64,000 nt of DNA, taken from positions 6,853-70,852 of the forward strand of contig UQUS01000001.1 of assembly GCA_900544335.1 (NCBI GenBank). Direction: 5' to 3'. The translations under genes and the position numbers were made by a program. Each line of letters starts with the position of its first letter. Within the stretch, counting starts at the first letter, position 1. Source of the stretch: an uncultured Sutterella sp. (GTDB lineage: Bacteria > Pseudomonadota > Gammaproteobacteria > Burkholderiales > Burkholderiaceae_F). Below, piece by piece: positions 16,814 to 27,028 of the stretch. The notes beneath the pieces are model-generated. The model had not been told where the DNA came from. It made no database searches and was given only the letters and a program-made list of their open reading frames with translations.

Positions 16814-17596
16814 ATGCAAGCACTCGGTCGTTTCAAGCTCCACATTCTGGCGCTTTTAGTTGTAGTGGCCGCTGATGCCATCGGAATTCAAAAATTCGGC
16901 ATTGTTGTTCTGTTGCCGCTTTTGTATGCCATGGTGTTCGGCGCAATCCTTTCGATTCCTCGCTTAAAAATCCTTTCGATGGCAGAACAGGAACGCGCAG
17001 CGCACTTTATGCCGATTGCGATGCTCTTCCTAGTGGCTTACTTGGGGTTGGGTATCGGACCGAATCTGGTTAAATTATTCGATTCGGGCCTGGCTCTGAT
17101 TATGCAGGAATTCGGGCATTTCTTCGGCACCATGATTTTGGGTCTGCCGATGGCGCTTCTGTTGAAAATGGGGCGCGAGGCTATCGGTGCCTGCTACTCG
17201 ATTGACCGAGAGCCGAACATTGCCATTATTGCCGAGAAGTACGGCATCGACTCTCCGGAAGGACGCGGTGTGATGGGTATGTACATCTGCGGCACGATTT
17301 TCGGCGCAGCGTGGATTTCCGTGCTTGTCGGTGTGATTGCTCAGCTCGGATGGTTCCATCCGCATGCGCTGGCGATGGGTGCGGGTATCGGCTCGGCCTC
17401 GATGATGGCTGCCGGTGTTGCGTCCATTGTGGCGGTGTATCCCGATCAGGCTGACGTTGTTCTGGCCTATGCAGGCGCCGCGAATCTGATGACCACGATT
17501 CTCGGCATTTATTTTGCTCTGTTCGTTTCCTTACCCGTGATGGTCTGGGTGTACGAAAAGATTACCGGCGATCGCCGTGAACCTGCCGCGAAGTAA
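16814..17596 (+). CDS. DUF3100-family membrane protein (putative transporter subunit)
   Basis: 260 aa hydrophobic protein starting MQALGRFKLHILALLVVVAA... The ORF-track extension to 16607 is non-hydrophobic and lacks an RBS. Confidence 0.7.
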   Translation: MQALGRFKLHILALLVVVAADAIGIQKFGIVVLLPLLYAMVFGAILSIPRLKILSMAEQERAAHFMPIAMLFLVAYLGLGIGPNLVKLFDSGLALIMQEFGHFFGTMILGLPMALLLKMGREAIGACYSIDREPNIAIIAEKYGIDSPEGRGVMGMYICGTIFGAAWISVLVGVIAQLGWFHPHALAMGAGIGSASMMAAGVASIVAVYPDQADVVLAYAGAANLMTTILGIYFALFVSLPVMVWVYEKITGDRREPAAK

Positions 17597-17606
17597 GGAG
17601 AAAAAC

Positions 17607-18062
17607 ATGATTGCAAAACTTAAGGACATTGGTTTTATTCTTCTTGTCACGGCGATTTTCTCGGTGATTGCTAACTGTGTCGGATTTAAAGGGGATATTG
17701 CCTCAGGCTCTTTGGGCGCTCTCGTTTTATTGATTATTACGTTCATCGGATGCGTCATTGCGAATTTGCCGGGGTTTTCCAAACTTCCGACGGTCTTCTG
17801 GGTTTCTTTGGTGGCAGTGATTGTTTCCATTCCGGGCGTTCCCGGTAGCGAATGGATTGTTGCCCAAGTCAAGCACGTTAACTTGCTGGCTACGACAACG
17901 CCGATTCTGGCCTATGCCGGCTTGTGTGTCGGTAAGGATTTGGAAGCCTTTAAGGCGCTTTCCTGGAAGATTATTCCGGTAGCGCTTTGCGTTTCGGCCG
18001 GTAGCTTCATTTGTGCGACAATTCTTGCGGAAATCATCCTGCGGTTCGAACACGTGTTCTGA
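17607..18062 (+). CDS. small polytopic membrane protein, partner of the DUF3100 protein
   Basis: 151 aa with four predicted transmembrane segments; AAGGAG RBS; overlaps/abuts the DUF3100 gene. Confidence 0.65.
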   Translation: MIAKLKDIGFILLVTAIFSVIANCVGFKGDIASGSLGALVLLIITFIGCVIANLPGFSKLPTVFWVSLVAVIVSIPGVPGSEWIVAQVKHVNLLATTTPILAYAGLCVGKDLEAFKALSWKIIPVALCVSAGSFICATILAEIILRFEHVF

Positions 18063-18215
18063 TACACGGCTTTTCCGAGCGGTGCAGAAAATCCTGTGCG
18101 GGTTTTCTGCATCACTCGGAGTTACTCAGTGCCCGACCGGCAGTTTTTTGCCGCATCGGGTCGGGCGAAGTCTTCCTGCGGGGGCTTCGCTTTTTTACCA
18201 ATTCGGGGGGTTGTC

Positions 18216-19523
18216 GTGAACACAACGGAAATCAAACAGAAAGTCTTAAAAGCTATTGAGGCTCGGCGTGCGAATATCGAAGCGATTGCTCAAGCCATTT
18301 TGAAAGAGCCCGAACTCGGCTACAAGGAAATCAAAACATCGGCTAAGGTCCGTGCGGCCTTCGATGCATTAGGTCTTGAGTACACCACGGGCTGGGGCCT
18401 CACGGGAATTAAGGCGCGCATTAAGGGCGGAAAGCCCGGCAAGACTGTGGCCGTAATCGGCGAGCTCGATGCGGTCATTTGCAAAAACTCTCCGTATGCC
18501 GCTCCGAGCGGCGCAGCGCACTGCTGCGGGCACAACGTGCAGATTGCCAACATGCTCGCCGTTGCGTGGGCTCTTGTGGATTCTGGCGTGATGAAAGAAC
18601 TTGCCGGTGATGTGGTCTTTTTTGCCGTCCCGGCCGAAGAGTACGTAGAGCTCGGGTACCGTGCCGACCTTGTGAAGCAAGGTAAGATTTCGTACCTCGG
18701 CGGTAAAGAACAAATCATCAAAGAAGGCGGGTTCGATGACATCGATATCGCGCTTCAGATGCATGTGGACATCACAGACAAGCCTGAGGGTTACTACGGG
18801 TCCGGCGCCAGTTGCAACGGCTTTATCGGAAAGATTGTCGAATACAACGGACGGGCATCTCACGCAGCCGGCGCTCCCGACAAGGGTATCAATGCCTTAA
18901 ATGCCGCCATGATCGGCATGATGGGTGTCAACGCCATTCGCGACCGCTTCAAGGAGTCCGACTACGTGCGCTTCCATCCGATTTTGACCAACGCCGGGGA
19001 CCTTGTGAATGTCGTTCCCGACCGCGTGACGATGGAAAGTTATGTACGTGCGGCAAGCATCGAAGGCTTAAAGCACTACAACGCCGACATTAATCGGGCT
19101 TTGAGGGCTGGGGCCGATGCCATCGGTGCCGAATGTGTGATTCATGACATGCCCGGGTACCTGCCGCTGCGACCCGATACCCGCTTGCGTGCCCTCTTGG
19201 AAGAAAACGCTCGTGCCTTTTTCCCGCCCGAAGACGTCGGCGCGGGTCCTCACAATACCGCGAGTACCGACATGGGCGATGTCTCGCATTTAATTCCCAT
19301 TGTTCATGCTTGGGTCGGATGCGCGCGCGGGTCGCTTCACGGTGCCGATTACCAGCTGGCTGACACGAAGACGGCCTTTGAGAGGTCACCTGCGGTTTTG
19401 GCGTGGACGGTTGTGGACCTGTTGGCCGGAAACGGAGAAGTTGCCGAGCGTATTTGCGAAAACTTTAAGCCCGTCCTGACCAAGAAAACGTATTGTGAGT
19501 TCATGGACTCGATCGGAAAATAA
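18216..19523 (+). CDS. M20-family amidohydrolase/peptidase (M20D, amino-acid amidohydrolase-like)
   Basis: Metal-binding motifs (HCCGHN, ..E..) and an M20 dimerisation domain. GTG start at 18216 after a GGGGGG tract; no in-frame ATG nearby. Confidence 0.8.
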   Translation: MNTTEIKQKVLKAIEARRANIEAIAQAILKEPELGYKEIKTSAKVRAAFDALGLEYTTGWGLTGIKARIKGGKPGKTVAVIGELDAVICKNSPYAAPSGAAHCCGHNVQIANMLAVAWALVDSGVMKELAGDVVFFAVPAEEYVELGYRADLVKQGKISYLGGKEQIIKEGGFDDIDIALQMHVDITDKPEGYYGSGASCNGFIGKIVEYNGRASHAAGAPDKGINALNAAMIGMMGVNAIRDRFKESDYVRFHPILTNAGDLVNVVPDRVTMESYVRAASIEGLKHYNADINRALRAGADAIGAECVIHDMPGYLPLRPDTRLRALLEENARAFFPPEDVGAGPHNTASTDMGDVSHLIPIVHAWVGCARGSLHGADYQLADTKTAFERSPAVLAWTVVDLLAGNGEVAERICENFKPVLTKKTYCEFMDSIGK

Positions 19524-19564
19524 CCGGTTGTCGTCGGGCGCTTAAAAAGCGCCCGATGAAAAAA

Positions 19565-20506
19565 TTAAAGCGCGTAGCCTACTGCCGCGTCGCCGTACGT
19601 TGCTATCAGGCGCTCGATGAGCTCTTGCCGAGTCGGACAGTAGGTTTGCGCACCTTCGCTTTGCACTTTAAACGAGGCTAACGCGCATCCGAGTTGCAAA
19701 GCGTGCTTCCAATCCAGATTGTGCAGTACTGCGTGCAAAAGACCGGCACGGAAGGCGTCTCCCGCTCCGATGGTATCGTGCGCCCGAACCGGGCACGCCC
19801 GAACGTGCAAGGACTCTTGATGCGTCAAGACAGTAGCGCCTTGCTCGGCCTGAGTTACGATTAGGACCTCGCACAAGTCCAGAAGGGCTTTTTCTTTAAT
19901 GTTTGTTATGCGCTTAATAAGCTCGAGTTCGTAGTCACTCATGACGACATAGCGCGCCTTGCGAAAGCAATTGATTAACTCGTCTGCGGTAAAGCGTGGC
20001 GTTATTTGCCCGGGATCGAAAAAAAACGGAATGTCGCGCCGAGTGAATTCATCGACACGGGCGAGCATCGATGAGCGCGTTTCCGGAGAAATGATTCCGA
20101 CGGTTACGCGTTCTTCGGGCCAAAGGTCGGTTCGAGTGAAAAGAGCGGCGTTCGGACAAAAGGTGGCAATTTGCGAGCCCGAGGCATCGGAAAGGATGAC
20201 GCACTGGGCCGTGTAGGCGTTTTCAACGAGGGTCGGGACAACGGCAATGCCGCAGGCTTTAAGGTGTTTTAGATACGCGTCGGCATCGTTGGCCCCGAAG
20301 GCGCTCAAAAGAACGGTCGGGTCTCCGAGCAGACGACACGCGTAGGCGATGTTGCCGCCGCATCCGCCGAAACGGCGCTCCATGGAAGCGGCCGGAAAAC
20401 ACACGTTCAAATGGTCAAGCCGACTTTTCAGTAATTGCGATTGAAACCGTCCCGAAAACGCAAAGACGGTGTCGTAGGCAGCTGAACCGGCAACGCAGAT
20501 ACTCAT
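19565..20506 (-). CDS. PfkB-family carbohydrate/nucleoside kinase
   Basis: C-terminal DTIGAGDAF motif; the N-terminal GG motif was not located, so the call is less secure. Start at MSICVAG (20506). Confidence 0.8.
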   Translation of the reverse strand: MSICVAGSAAYDTVFAFSGRFQSQLLKSRLDHLNVCFPAASMERRFGGCGGNIAYACRLLGDPTVLLSAFGANDADAYLKHLKACGIAVVPTLVENAYTAQCVILSDASGSQIATFCPNAALFTRTDLWPEERVTVGIISPETRSSMLARVDEFTRRDIPFFFDPGQITPRFTADELINCFRKARYVVMSDYELELIKRITNIKEKALLDLCEVLIVTQAEQGATVLTHQESLHVRACPVRAHDTIGAGDAFRAGLLHAVLHNLDWKHALQLGCALASFKVQSEGAQTYCPTRQELIERLIATYGDAAVGYAL

Positions 20507-21510
20507 GGGTAAATCGGTGTTGCAATACAACGCGACGGCGTTGCGTTGGTGCGCATGTTGATGCGTACCGTGAGCGACCGACCGGCTCCGAGACTTTTCA
20601 CCGAGGGGTCAGCCAAAAAATCGACCGGCTTTAAAACCTGACGGGTGATTTCCGCATCGTTGTCATCGACAAGCTGTAGCGACAGATGCGGCACGGCCTG
20701 CGCGATGGTCGATCCGTTCAGAATCGTCACTTCCAGGGTGTAGTTTCCCGGCGTTCCCGCACTTGTCAGTTGCGCCTTCGTCACAGCAAAGGCTTCGATG
20801 TTTTTCAAGAAGAAACCCGGGCAGGTGATCTTCGTGCAAACGGAATCGAAAAGAGATTTTGAGGACGGGAACTTTTGCAAAATTGTCTGGTTAAACACAA
20901 TCGCACCGACGGCAAGAATCACCACCAAGAGGGCTCCGGTAATCACGGGACCGACCCACGTGTTCTTCTTGCGTTTGGGTGCCGTACCGACGGTTTGCGG
21001 AACGACTTTTTCAGATTCAGACTCTTGAGCTTTATCTTGAGAGGTCTCTTTCGGTGCCGTTTCCGTGCGACTCGGTTCTCCGACGGTCGGTTCCGTCCGA
21101 CCGGAAAAATCGCTCATCAAAATCGAGAGTTTTTCAAGTTCTTTTTGCGCATGCCGCGAGGGGGCGGACAAAGGAATTCCCTGCGATGCGGGACGCGGCG
21201 CTTCAGGTGTTGCGGCTTGTGCCGTCACCGGTGCCCGAACAGGGGCCTGAATCGGGGGAGTTTGAGGTAGCGTTGCCTTGCTCGGCGCCTCTTTTTCAGA
21301 CTTTGGGGCGTCAGACGTTTTCTCCAGCATCGCCTCCTTTACGGCAGGGTGCTGCTGCGGGAACAGGGCATCGGGTACACACAGCAAGTCCCGTGTGGCA
21401 TCGAAACACTTCAGACACTTGGAACACTTGACCGGGGCGGCCTCGGCCGTCTCTTTATTCGGTAGCAACCAAACGGCACCGCAATACGGGCAACGCGTTA
21501 CATAAGCCAT
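20503..21510 (-). CDS. zinc-ribbon (MJ0042-type) plus DUF3426 membrane-anchored protein
   Basis: N-terminal CPYCG...CSKCLKC is followed by a Pro/Ala/Ser-rich linker, one transmembrane segment and a C-terminal DUF3426-like domain. Start at MAYVTRCP (21510) with a GAAGGA RBS. Confidence 0.7.
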   Translation of the reverse strand: MAYVTRCPYCGAVWLLPNKETAEAAPVKCSKCLKCFDATRDLLCVPDALFPQQHPAVKEAMLEKTSDAPKSEKEAPSKATLPQTPPIQAPVRAPVTAQAATPEAPRPASQGIPLSAPSRHAQKELEKLSILMSDFSGRTEPTVGEPSRTETAPKETSQDKAQESESEKVVPQTVGTAPKRKKNTWVGPVITGALLVVILAVGAIVFNQTILQKFPSSKSLFDSVCTKITCPGFFLKNIEAFAVTKAQLTSAGTPGNYTLEVTILNGSTIAQAVPHLSLQLVDDNDAEITRQVLKPVDFLADPSVKSLGAGRSLTVRINMRTNATPSRCIATPIYP

Positions 21511-22424
21511 GATGATTCCTTCGGGCAAACCGACTGTTTTTTCCCTGTCAGGCAAACCCAGTCTTCTTGTTGTTTCCACACCGAGAGTTTGACACCGATT
21601 GCCTCATAGGTGTTGATGATGTCTTGTGCTTGATGCGCCAAAACTCCCGAGAGCGTCAGATGCCCGTTTTCGGAAAGATAGCCGACAAGGGCCGGCGCTA
21701 AGACTTTTAAAGGATTGGCCAAGATGTTGGCAATGACAATGTCAAAGGTTCGGTGTTCCAGCGCTTCAGGCAGGGAAAAGGCGGCGTCAACGGCGTTGAT
21801 TTTGGTGTTGTAACAGGCCGCTTCCACGGCTTGCGGATCGATATCGGTGCCGACAACAGGGGTGGCACCGAGTTTAGCGGCGGCAATGGCCAAAATGCCG
21901 GTTCCGCAACCGTAGTCCAAAACCGAAAGGCCCGAACGCACGTTTTCATCGAGCCACTTTAAGCAAAGATGCGTTGTCGGGTGTGCTCCCGTGCCGAAGG
22001 CAACCCCGGGATCCAGTCGGATGTTGACGGCTTTGGGGTCGGGAATTTCACTCCAGCTCGGAACAATCCACAGACGGTCGCTCACTTTGGTCGGTCCGAA
22101 TTGCGATTGGGTTAACTTGACCCAATCGGTCTCAGGGACCGGAACAATCGATTCAATCGGCTCGGGCGCTTGCCCGATTGCGTTATAGGCTGCCTTCACA
22201 AGAAGAGCCGGATTACTCTTTTCGTCAATGAGGAACTTAAGGCGTGAGCGCTTCCAAGCGCAGGTCGTCGGCTCTAATCCCGGCTCCCCGTAAAGCGGCT
22301 CTTCGTCGGCGTTATCGGCATCGGCATCCTCGAGCGTGATGCTCAGAGCGCCGCTATCGATTAACGCATCACCGAGGGATTCGGCTTGGTTTTGTGCAAC
22401 AAGAAGCGTTACTTCACGTAGCAT
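21498..22424 (-). CDS. prmA: Ribosomal protein L11 methyltransferase PrmA
   Basis: SAM motif [15 protein letters not shown]; position after accBC. Confidence 0.9.
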   Translation of the reverse strand: MLREVTLLVAQNQAESLGDALIDSGALSITLEDADADNADEEPLYGEPGLEPTTCAWKRSRLKFLIDEKSNPALLVKAAYNAIGQAPEPIESIVPVPETDWVKLTQSQFGPTKVSDRLWIVPSWSEIPDPKAVNIRLDPGVAFGTGAHPTTHLCLKWLDENVRSGLSVLDYGCGTGILAIAAAKLGATPVVGTDIDPQAVEAACYNTKINAVDAAFSLPEALEHRTFDIVIANILANPLKVLAPALVGYLSENGHLTLSGVLAHQAQDIINTYEAIGVKLSVWKQQEDWVCLTGKKQSVCPKESSWLM

Positions 22425-23793
22425 TGCTCGTTTTCTCCTTACGCCGCAATTGCCATTCCGTCAGTTTTCTTTCCAGGTAATGGATGTCACGTTCCCCTTG
22501 GGCAAAGCCGGTGTCGGCCAAAATGGCGCGCAAAAGCGGCGTATTGGTGCTGATACCTTCGCAGGCCAATTCCGTCAAGGCCACTTTCATACGAGCTAAA
22601 GCCGTTTCGCGGTCCGGGCCGCTCGCGATGAGTTTAGCAATGAGACTATCGTAGTAAGGAGGAACGTTGTACCCGGTATACAGGTGACTTTCCATGCGAA
22701 TTCCAGGGCCGCCCGGGACGTGCCAGACCGAGATGCGACCGGGACTCGGTCGGAAGGTAAACGGCGTTTCGGCATTGATACGGCATTCGATGGCAGCCCC
22801 GTGCGGGACGATATCTTTTTGCTTGAGCGTTAGGCGCTCGCCGGAAGCCAGTCGAATTTGTTCACACACCAAATCGATGCCGGTAACGAGTTCCGTGACC
22901 GGGTGTTCGACCTGAATGCGAGTGTTCATTTCAATGAAGTAGAAGTTCTCGTTTTCATACAAGAACTCAAAGGTACCGGCTCCGCGATACCCGATTCGGC
23001 GGCATGCTTCGACACAACGCTCGCCGAGCCGTTCGATGGATTTGCGAGGAATTCCGGGAGCCGGACTTTCTTCGATAATTTTCTGGTTGCGCCGCTGCAT
23101 GGAGCAGTCGCGCTCGCCCAAATAGACGGCATTTTGGAAGTTATCGCACAGAATCTGAATTTCGATATGGCGCGGATTTTCCAGATACTTTTCCAAATAA
23201 AGCTTATCGGAGCCGAATGCGTTTTTCGCTTCCGCCCGCAAGAGGGCAATGGAATTTACAAGCGCCGCTTCGGTGCGCACGGCGCGCATGCCGCGACCGC
23301 CGCCGCCAGCACAGGCTTTGACAATCACCGGGTAGCCGACTTCTTTGGCTAAATCCAAGACCTGTTGCGTATCATCCGGCAACTCCGTCAGGGACCCCGG
23401 AACGCAGGGGATTCCGGCTTTGGCCATCATGCGCTTGGCGTTGATTTTGTCGCCCATCAAGCGGATGGTGTCGCCGCGCGGGCCGATGAAGGCAAAACCG
23501 CTTTTTTCCACACGGTCGGCAAAGTCAGCGTTTTCCGACAAAAAACCGTATCCCGGGTGGATGGCCTCGGCATCGGTGACTTCCGCAGCCGAAATAATGG
23601 CCGGGATATTGAGGTAACTCATCGAGGGCGCCGGCGGGCCGATACAAACGCTTTCATCGGCGAGCCGCACATGCATGGAATCGGCGTCGGCCGTCGAGTG
23701 AACCGCAACGGTCTTGATGTTCATCGTGCGGCAGGCGCGCAGGATCCTGAGCGCTATTTCTCCGCGATTGGCGATGAGGATTTTCCCAAACAT
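22414..23793 (-). CDS. accC: Acetyl-CoA carboxylase biotin carboxylase subunit AccC
   Basis: [17 protein letters not shown] is the ATP-grasp N-terminus; 459 aa. Confidence 0.95.
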   Translation of the reverse strand: MFGKILIANRGEIALRILRACRTMNIKTVAVHSTADADSMHVRLADESVCIGPPAPSMSYLNIPAIISAAEVTDAEAIHPGYGFLSENADFADRVEKSGFAFIGPRGDTIRLMGDKINAKRMMAKAGIPCVPGSLTELPDDTQQVLDLAKEVGYPVIVKACAGGGGRGMRAVRTEAALVNSIALLRAEAKNAFGSDKLYLEKYLENPRHIEIQILCDNFQNAVYLGERDCSMQRRNQKIIEESPAPGIPRKSIERLGERCVEACRRIGYRGAGTFEFLYENENFYFIEMNTRIQVEHPVTELVTGIDLVCEQIRLASGERLTLKQKDIVPHGAAIECRINAETPFTFRPSPGRISVWHVPGGPGIRMESHLYTGYNVPPYYDSLIAKLIASGPDRETALARMKVALTELACEGISTNTPLLRAILADTGFAQGERDIHYLERKLTEWQLRRKEKTSNAT

Positions 23794-23813
23794 TCCCTGA
23801 CAGTCCGAACGGG

Positions 23814-24266
23814 TTAGCGGCGGATTTCAAACAGCGGCTGGCCGAATTCAACCGGATCGCCGTTTTCAACGAGAACCTTGACGATTTCACCGTCAAACTC
23901 GGCCTCGATTTCGTTAAGTAGCTTCATGGCCTCGATGATGCAGACGGTTTCACCGGCACGAACCTTTTGTCCGACGGAAACAAAGGGTTTGGCTCCCGGG
24001 GACGGCGCACGGTAAAACGTGCCGACCATCGGGGCATTGATGGTTTCGGTTGCCGGAGTTGCAACGGGCGTTTCTACCTTGGCTCCCGGCGCCGGTCCTG
24101 TCGGTTGTGCCAAAGGCGTAACCGTATACACGGGGGAAGCCTGCGTACGAATGCCATCGGGACTGTTGACGATGCGAACGCGATCTTCGCCTTCGGTTAA
24201 ATCGATTTCGGAAATTCCGGCTTCCTTTAATAAATCGATAATGCTTTTGAGTTTGCGCAGGTCCAT
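23814..24266 (-). CDS. accB: Biotin carboxyl carrier protein AccB
   Basis: EAMKL biotinylation motif; start at MDLRKLK (24266). Confidence 0.9.
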   Translation of the reverse strand: MDLRKLKSIIDLLKEAGISEIDLTEGEDRVRIVNSPDGIRTQASPVYTVTPLAQPTGPAPGAKVETPVATPATETINAPMVGTFYRAPSPGAKPFVSVGQKVRAGETVCIIEAMKLLNEIEAEFDGEIVKVLVENGDPVEFGQPLFEIRR

Positions 24267-24436
24267 AACGTCATCCCACAATGCAAACGCCGAACACGGC
24301 GTCTTTTTTTCGGAATTATCGGCAATTGAGGCTAATTTCGCCTATCTTGTCGCAAGCAATTCCTATAAGTTCTTTAGGCCGAATCATATACAAAAGCGGG
24401 AAAAACGACAAAAATGCGCAATCGGTGACCGAAAAA

Positions 24437-25042
24437 TCACGGTAAAACAAGAACTTCGGCCAGGTTTTCGGCGCTGATTCGACCCGAGGCCTCCCAGGGA
24501 CTTTGCCAGGCATCGGGGGTGCGTTTCCGAGGATTGCGGGATTTGAAGTGTTTCGGGAAGATTTCGATGCGGATGGCCTCAAAATCGCCGCAGATGTCGT
24601 TTTTTAGTAAAAAACCGAAAGTGAGGTCTTGTTTTCCGACCGGGCTCGGTTCGTCATCGATGGCTTGAGCGTCGATGCCTGCATCCAAAAGAAAGAGAAG
24701 AACGCTCTTGGCGTCGTCTTCAAAAACTTCGATGCGAATACTCGTTTCCGGGCCGGCGCACCCGTTTAGGACGGCACCGCACAGCCAGGCATCAAAGGGG
24801 GTCAGCAAACGCAAGGCTTTTAAGGCGCAAAGGCGCTTCTCATGTAAAAGGCTTTCGTGGTCCCGGGGCTTGAAGGTGGCCCACGTTTCGCGTACGGCCG
24901 ATTCCAAAACATCGGACCGAATACGAATTCCGTTTTCGTTTTGGGCGCAGTCGCGCGCCGCGGCCCAAGGCGTTCCGTCTAAAACAACGGATTCGGCAGC
25001 CGATAAAGCCGCTTGACGCAAAAGACGCGATTGGATATCCAT
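24437..25042 (-). CDS. hypothetical protein (about 201 aa), divergent from mpl
   Basis: No family recognised by eye; coding-like composition. Start taken at MDIQSR; the longer ORF-track start would cross the mpl start. Confidence 0.5.
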   Translation of the reverse strand: MDIQSRLLRQAALSAAESVVLDGTPWAAARDCAQNENGIRIRSDVLESAVRETWATFKPRDHESLLHEKRLCALKALRLLTPFDAWLCGAVLNGCAGPETSIRIEVFEDDAKSVLLFLLDAGIDAQAIDDEPSPVGKQDLTFGFLLKNDICGDFEAIRIEIFPKHFKSRNPRKRTPDAWQSPWEASGRISAENLAEVLVLP

Positions 25043-25100
25043 AGACTTTTTTTCGGGCGGTACAATCCGCTTTTCTTTGACTGATTTTAGACACTTTCCG

Positions 25101-26441
25101 ATGCACATCCATATTCTCGGTATTTGCGGCACATTCATGGGGGGCGTTGCCCAGTTGGCCATCCAAGCCGGTCATACGGTCACCGGCTCCGATCAGAACG
25201 TCTATCCGCCGATGAGCGATCAACTTGCGGCGGCCGGGGTGCGCATCGAACAAGGATACTTAGCCGACCAATTGGCCATCAAACCCGACCTTTGGGTGGT
25301 CGGCAATGCCGTCAGTCGCGGCAATCCCCTCCTAGAGGCCATTCTCAATGCCGGGGAGCGGTACACGTCCGGTCCACAGTGGATGAGCGAAAATGTCTTA
25401 CAAGGGCGCCATGTCCTTGCCGTTGCCGGAACGCACGGAAAAACAACGACCACATCCCTTTTAGCGTGGATTTTGCATTTTGCGGGAATGAACCCGGGAT
25501 TTTTAGTCGGCGGCGTTCCGACCGATTTCGGTCACTCGGCGCAACTCGGGACGGGAAAGACCTTTGTAATCGAGGGCGATGAGTACGACACGTGTTTTTG
25601 CGATAAGCGCAGTAAGTTTGTCCACTACAGACCGCGCACCGTGATTCTTAATAATCTGGAATACGATCACGCCGATATCTTCGAGAACATCGAGGCCATT
25701 GAAAAGCAATTTCATCACCTCGTAAGAACCATTCCCTCCGAAGGGCTAGTGATTTCCAACGCCAAGTCCGAGGCGCTCGAGCGCGTCTTAAAAATGGGGC
25801 TTTGGAGTCGCTTGGAGCGCTTTGACGACGCCGGCGGGTGGTCTTTAGATGAGCAGGGTTCGGTTTTTAAGGCAGGGAAAAAGCTCGGAACGCTCGAGAT
25901 TGCACTTTCCGGGCATCACAACCGCTTAAATGCCCTCGCTGCCCTGGCGGCCTCATGCGATGTCGGCGTGTCGCCAAGTTTGGCCCTGGAGGCGCTTTCG
26001 CATTTTTCGGGTGTCAAACGGCGCTTGGAAGTGAAGGGAGTAAAGCGCGGTGTGACCGTGATTGATGATTTTGCGCATCATCCGACGGCAATCCGTGAGA
26101 CGATTGCGGCACTACGGTCTCGTATGTCCGGAAAGGGTCGCATTCTTGCTGTGTTCGAGCCTCGCAGTAATACGATGAAACTCGGAACGATGAAAGATAA
26201 ACTCGCCGATTCCCTTTCCGGTGCCGATAGGGTTTACTGCTACAGCGGAACCAGGGTCGGTTGGAATGCGGCCGAGGCACTTGCCCCCCTAGCGCAAAAA
26301 GTGCAGTGTTTTTCAGGCGATATTGCGCCGCTTGTGGCGGCCGTGGCCTCCGAAGCGCATCCGGGTGATGCGATTTTGTGCATGAGTAACGGAGCGTTTT
26401 GCGGGGTGCAGGATAAGCTTCTCGCGGCACTGGCCTCATAG
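25101..26441 (+). CDS. mpl: UDP-N-acetylmuramate:L-alanyl-gamma-D-glutamyl-meso-DAP ligase Mpl
   Basis: MHIHILGICGTFMGG as in E. coli Mpl; Mur ligase domains. Confidence 0.9.
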   Translation: MHIHILGICGTFMGGVAQLAIQAGHTVTGSDQNVYPPMSDQLAAAGVRIEQGYLADQLAIKPDLWVVGNAVSRGNPLLEAILNAGERYTSGPQWMSENVLQGRHVLAVAGTHGKTTTTSLLAWILHFAGMNPGFLVGGVPTDFGHSAQLGTGKTFVIEGDEYDTCFCDKRSKFVHYRPRTVILNNLEYDHADIFENIEAIEKQFHHLVRTIPSEGLVISNAKSEALERVLKMGLWSRLERFDDAGGWSLDEQGSVFKAGKKLGTLEIALSGHHNRLNALAALAASCDVGVSPSLALEALSHFSGVKRRLEVKGVKRGVTVIDDFAHHPTAIRETIAALRSRMSGKGRILAVFEPRSNTMKLGTMKDKLADSLSGADRVYCYSGTRVGWNAAEALAPLAQKVQCFSGDIAPLVAAVASEAHPGDAILCMSNGAFCGVQDKLLAALAS

Positions 26442-26448
26442 ACTCCTT

Positions 26449-27024
26449 ATGCTTGGAACGGTTCTTTATTTGTACGGCTTTTTATCCGGTCCGACGGGAC
26501 TGAAAGCGCGTCTTGTGCAGCAAGAATGTCAAAAGCGTTCTTTAGCGTGCCTTGTTCCGGATTTAAATGAGGAACCTACGAAGGTTTGGCAGCAAATTCT
26601 GGCGCTTTTAAAGACCTATGAGCCGGGCACAATCGGGATTGTCGCCTCAAGCCTCGGCGGGTTTTATGCCGCACGGGCCTTAGGCGACGTGGCGTGTCGA
26701 GCAGTGCTCATTAATCCTGCAACACGCCCGTGGGACGCCATCGAGGCGTTTCTCGGAGAACAAAAAACGTCGGACGGACGCCTTGTCGTCATTAAAAAAG
26801 AGTACGCCGAGCAGTTGCGGGCGCTCAAGGCGATCCCGTTTAAAGATCCGTCCCAGGTACTCGTTGCACTTTCGACGGCAGATGAAGTTTTAAATTGGAA
26901 AGAAGCGCGCGACACGTTTTCAGACTCGCCGCTTCTGATGCTTGAAAATGCGGACCACGCGGTCAGTCACTTTGCGCGGTACGTTTCGCAGGTCATCGAT
27001 TTTTTGACCGAGCGGAAAGGTTAA
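26449..27024 (+). CDS. yqiA: YqiA-family esterase (alpha/beta hydrolase)
   Basis: LYLYGFLSGP... and the GSSLGG nucleophile elbow; 191 aa. Confidence 0.75.
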   Translation: MLGTVLYLYGFLSGPTGLKARLVQQECQKRSLACLVPDLNEEPTKVWQQILALLKTYEPGTIGIVASSLGGFYAARALGDVACRAVLINPATRPWDAIEAFLGEQKTSDGRLVVIKKEYAEQLRALKAIPFKDPSQVLVALSTADEVLNWKEARDTFSDSPLLMLENADHAVSHFARYVSQVIDFLTERKG

Positions 27025-27028
27025 AAGA

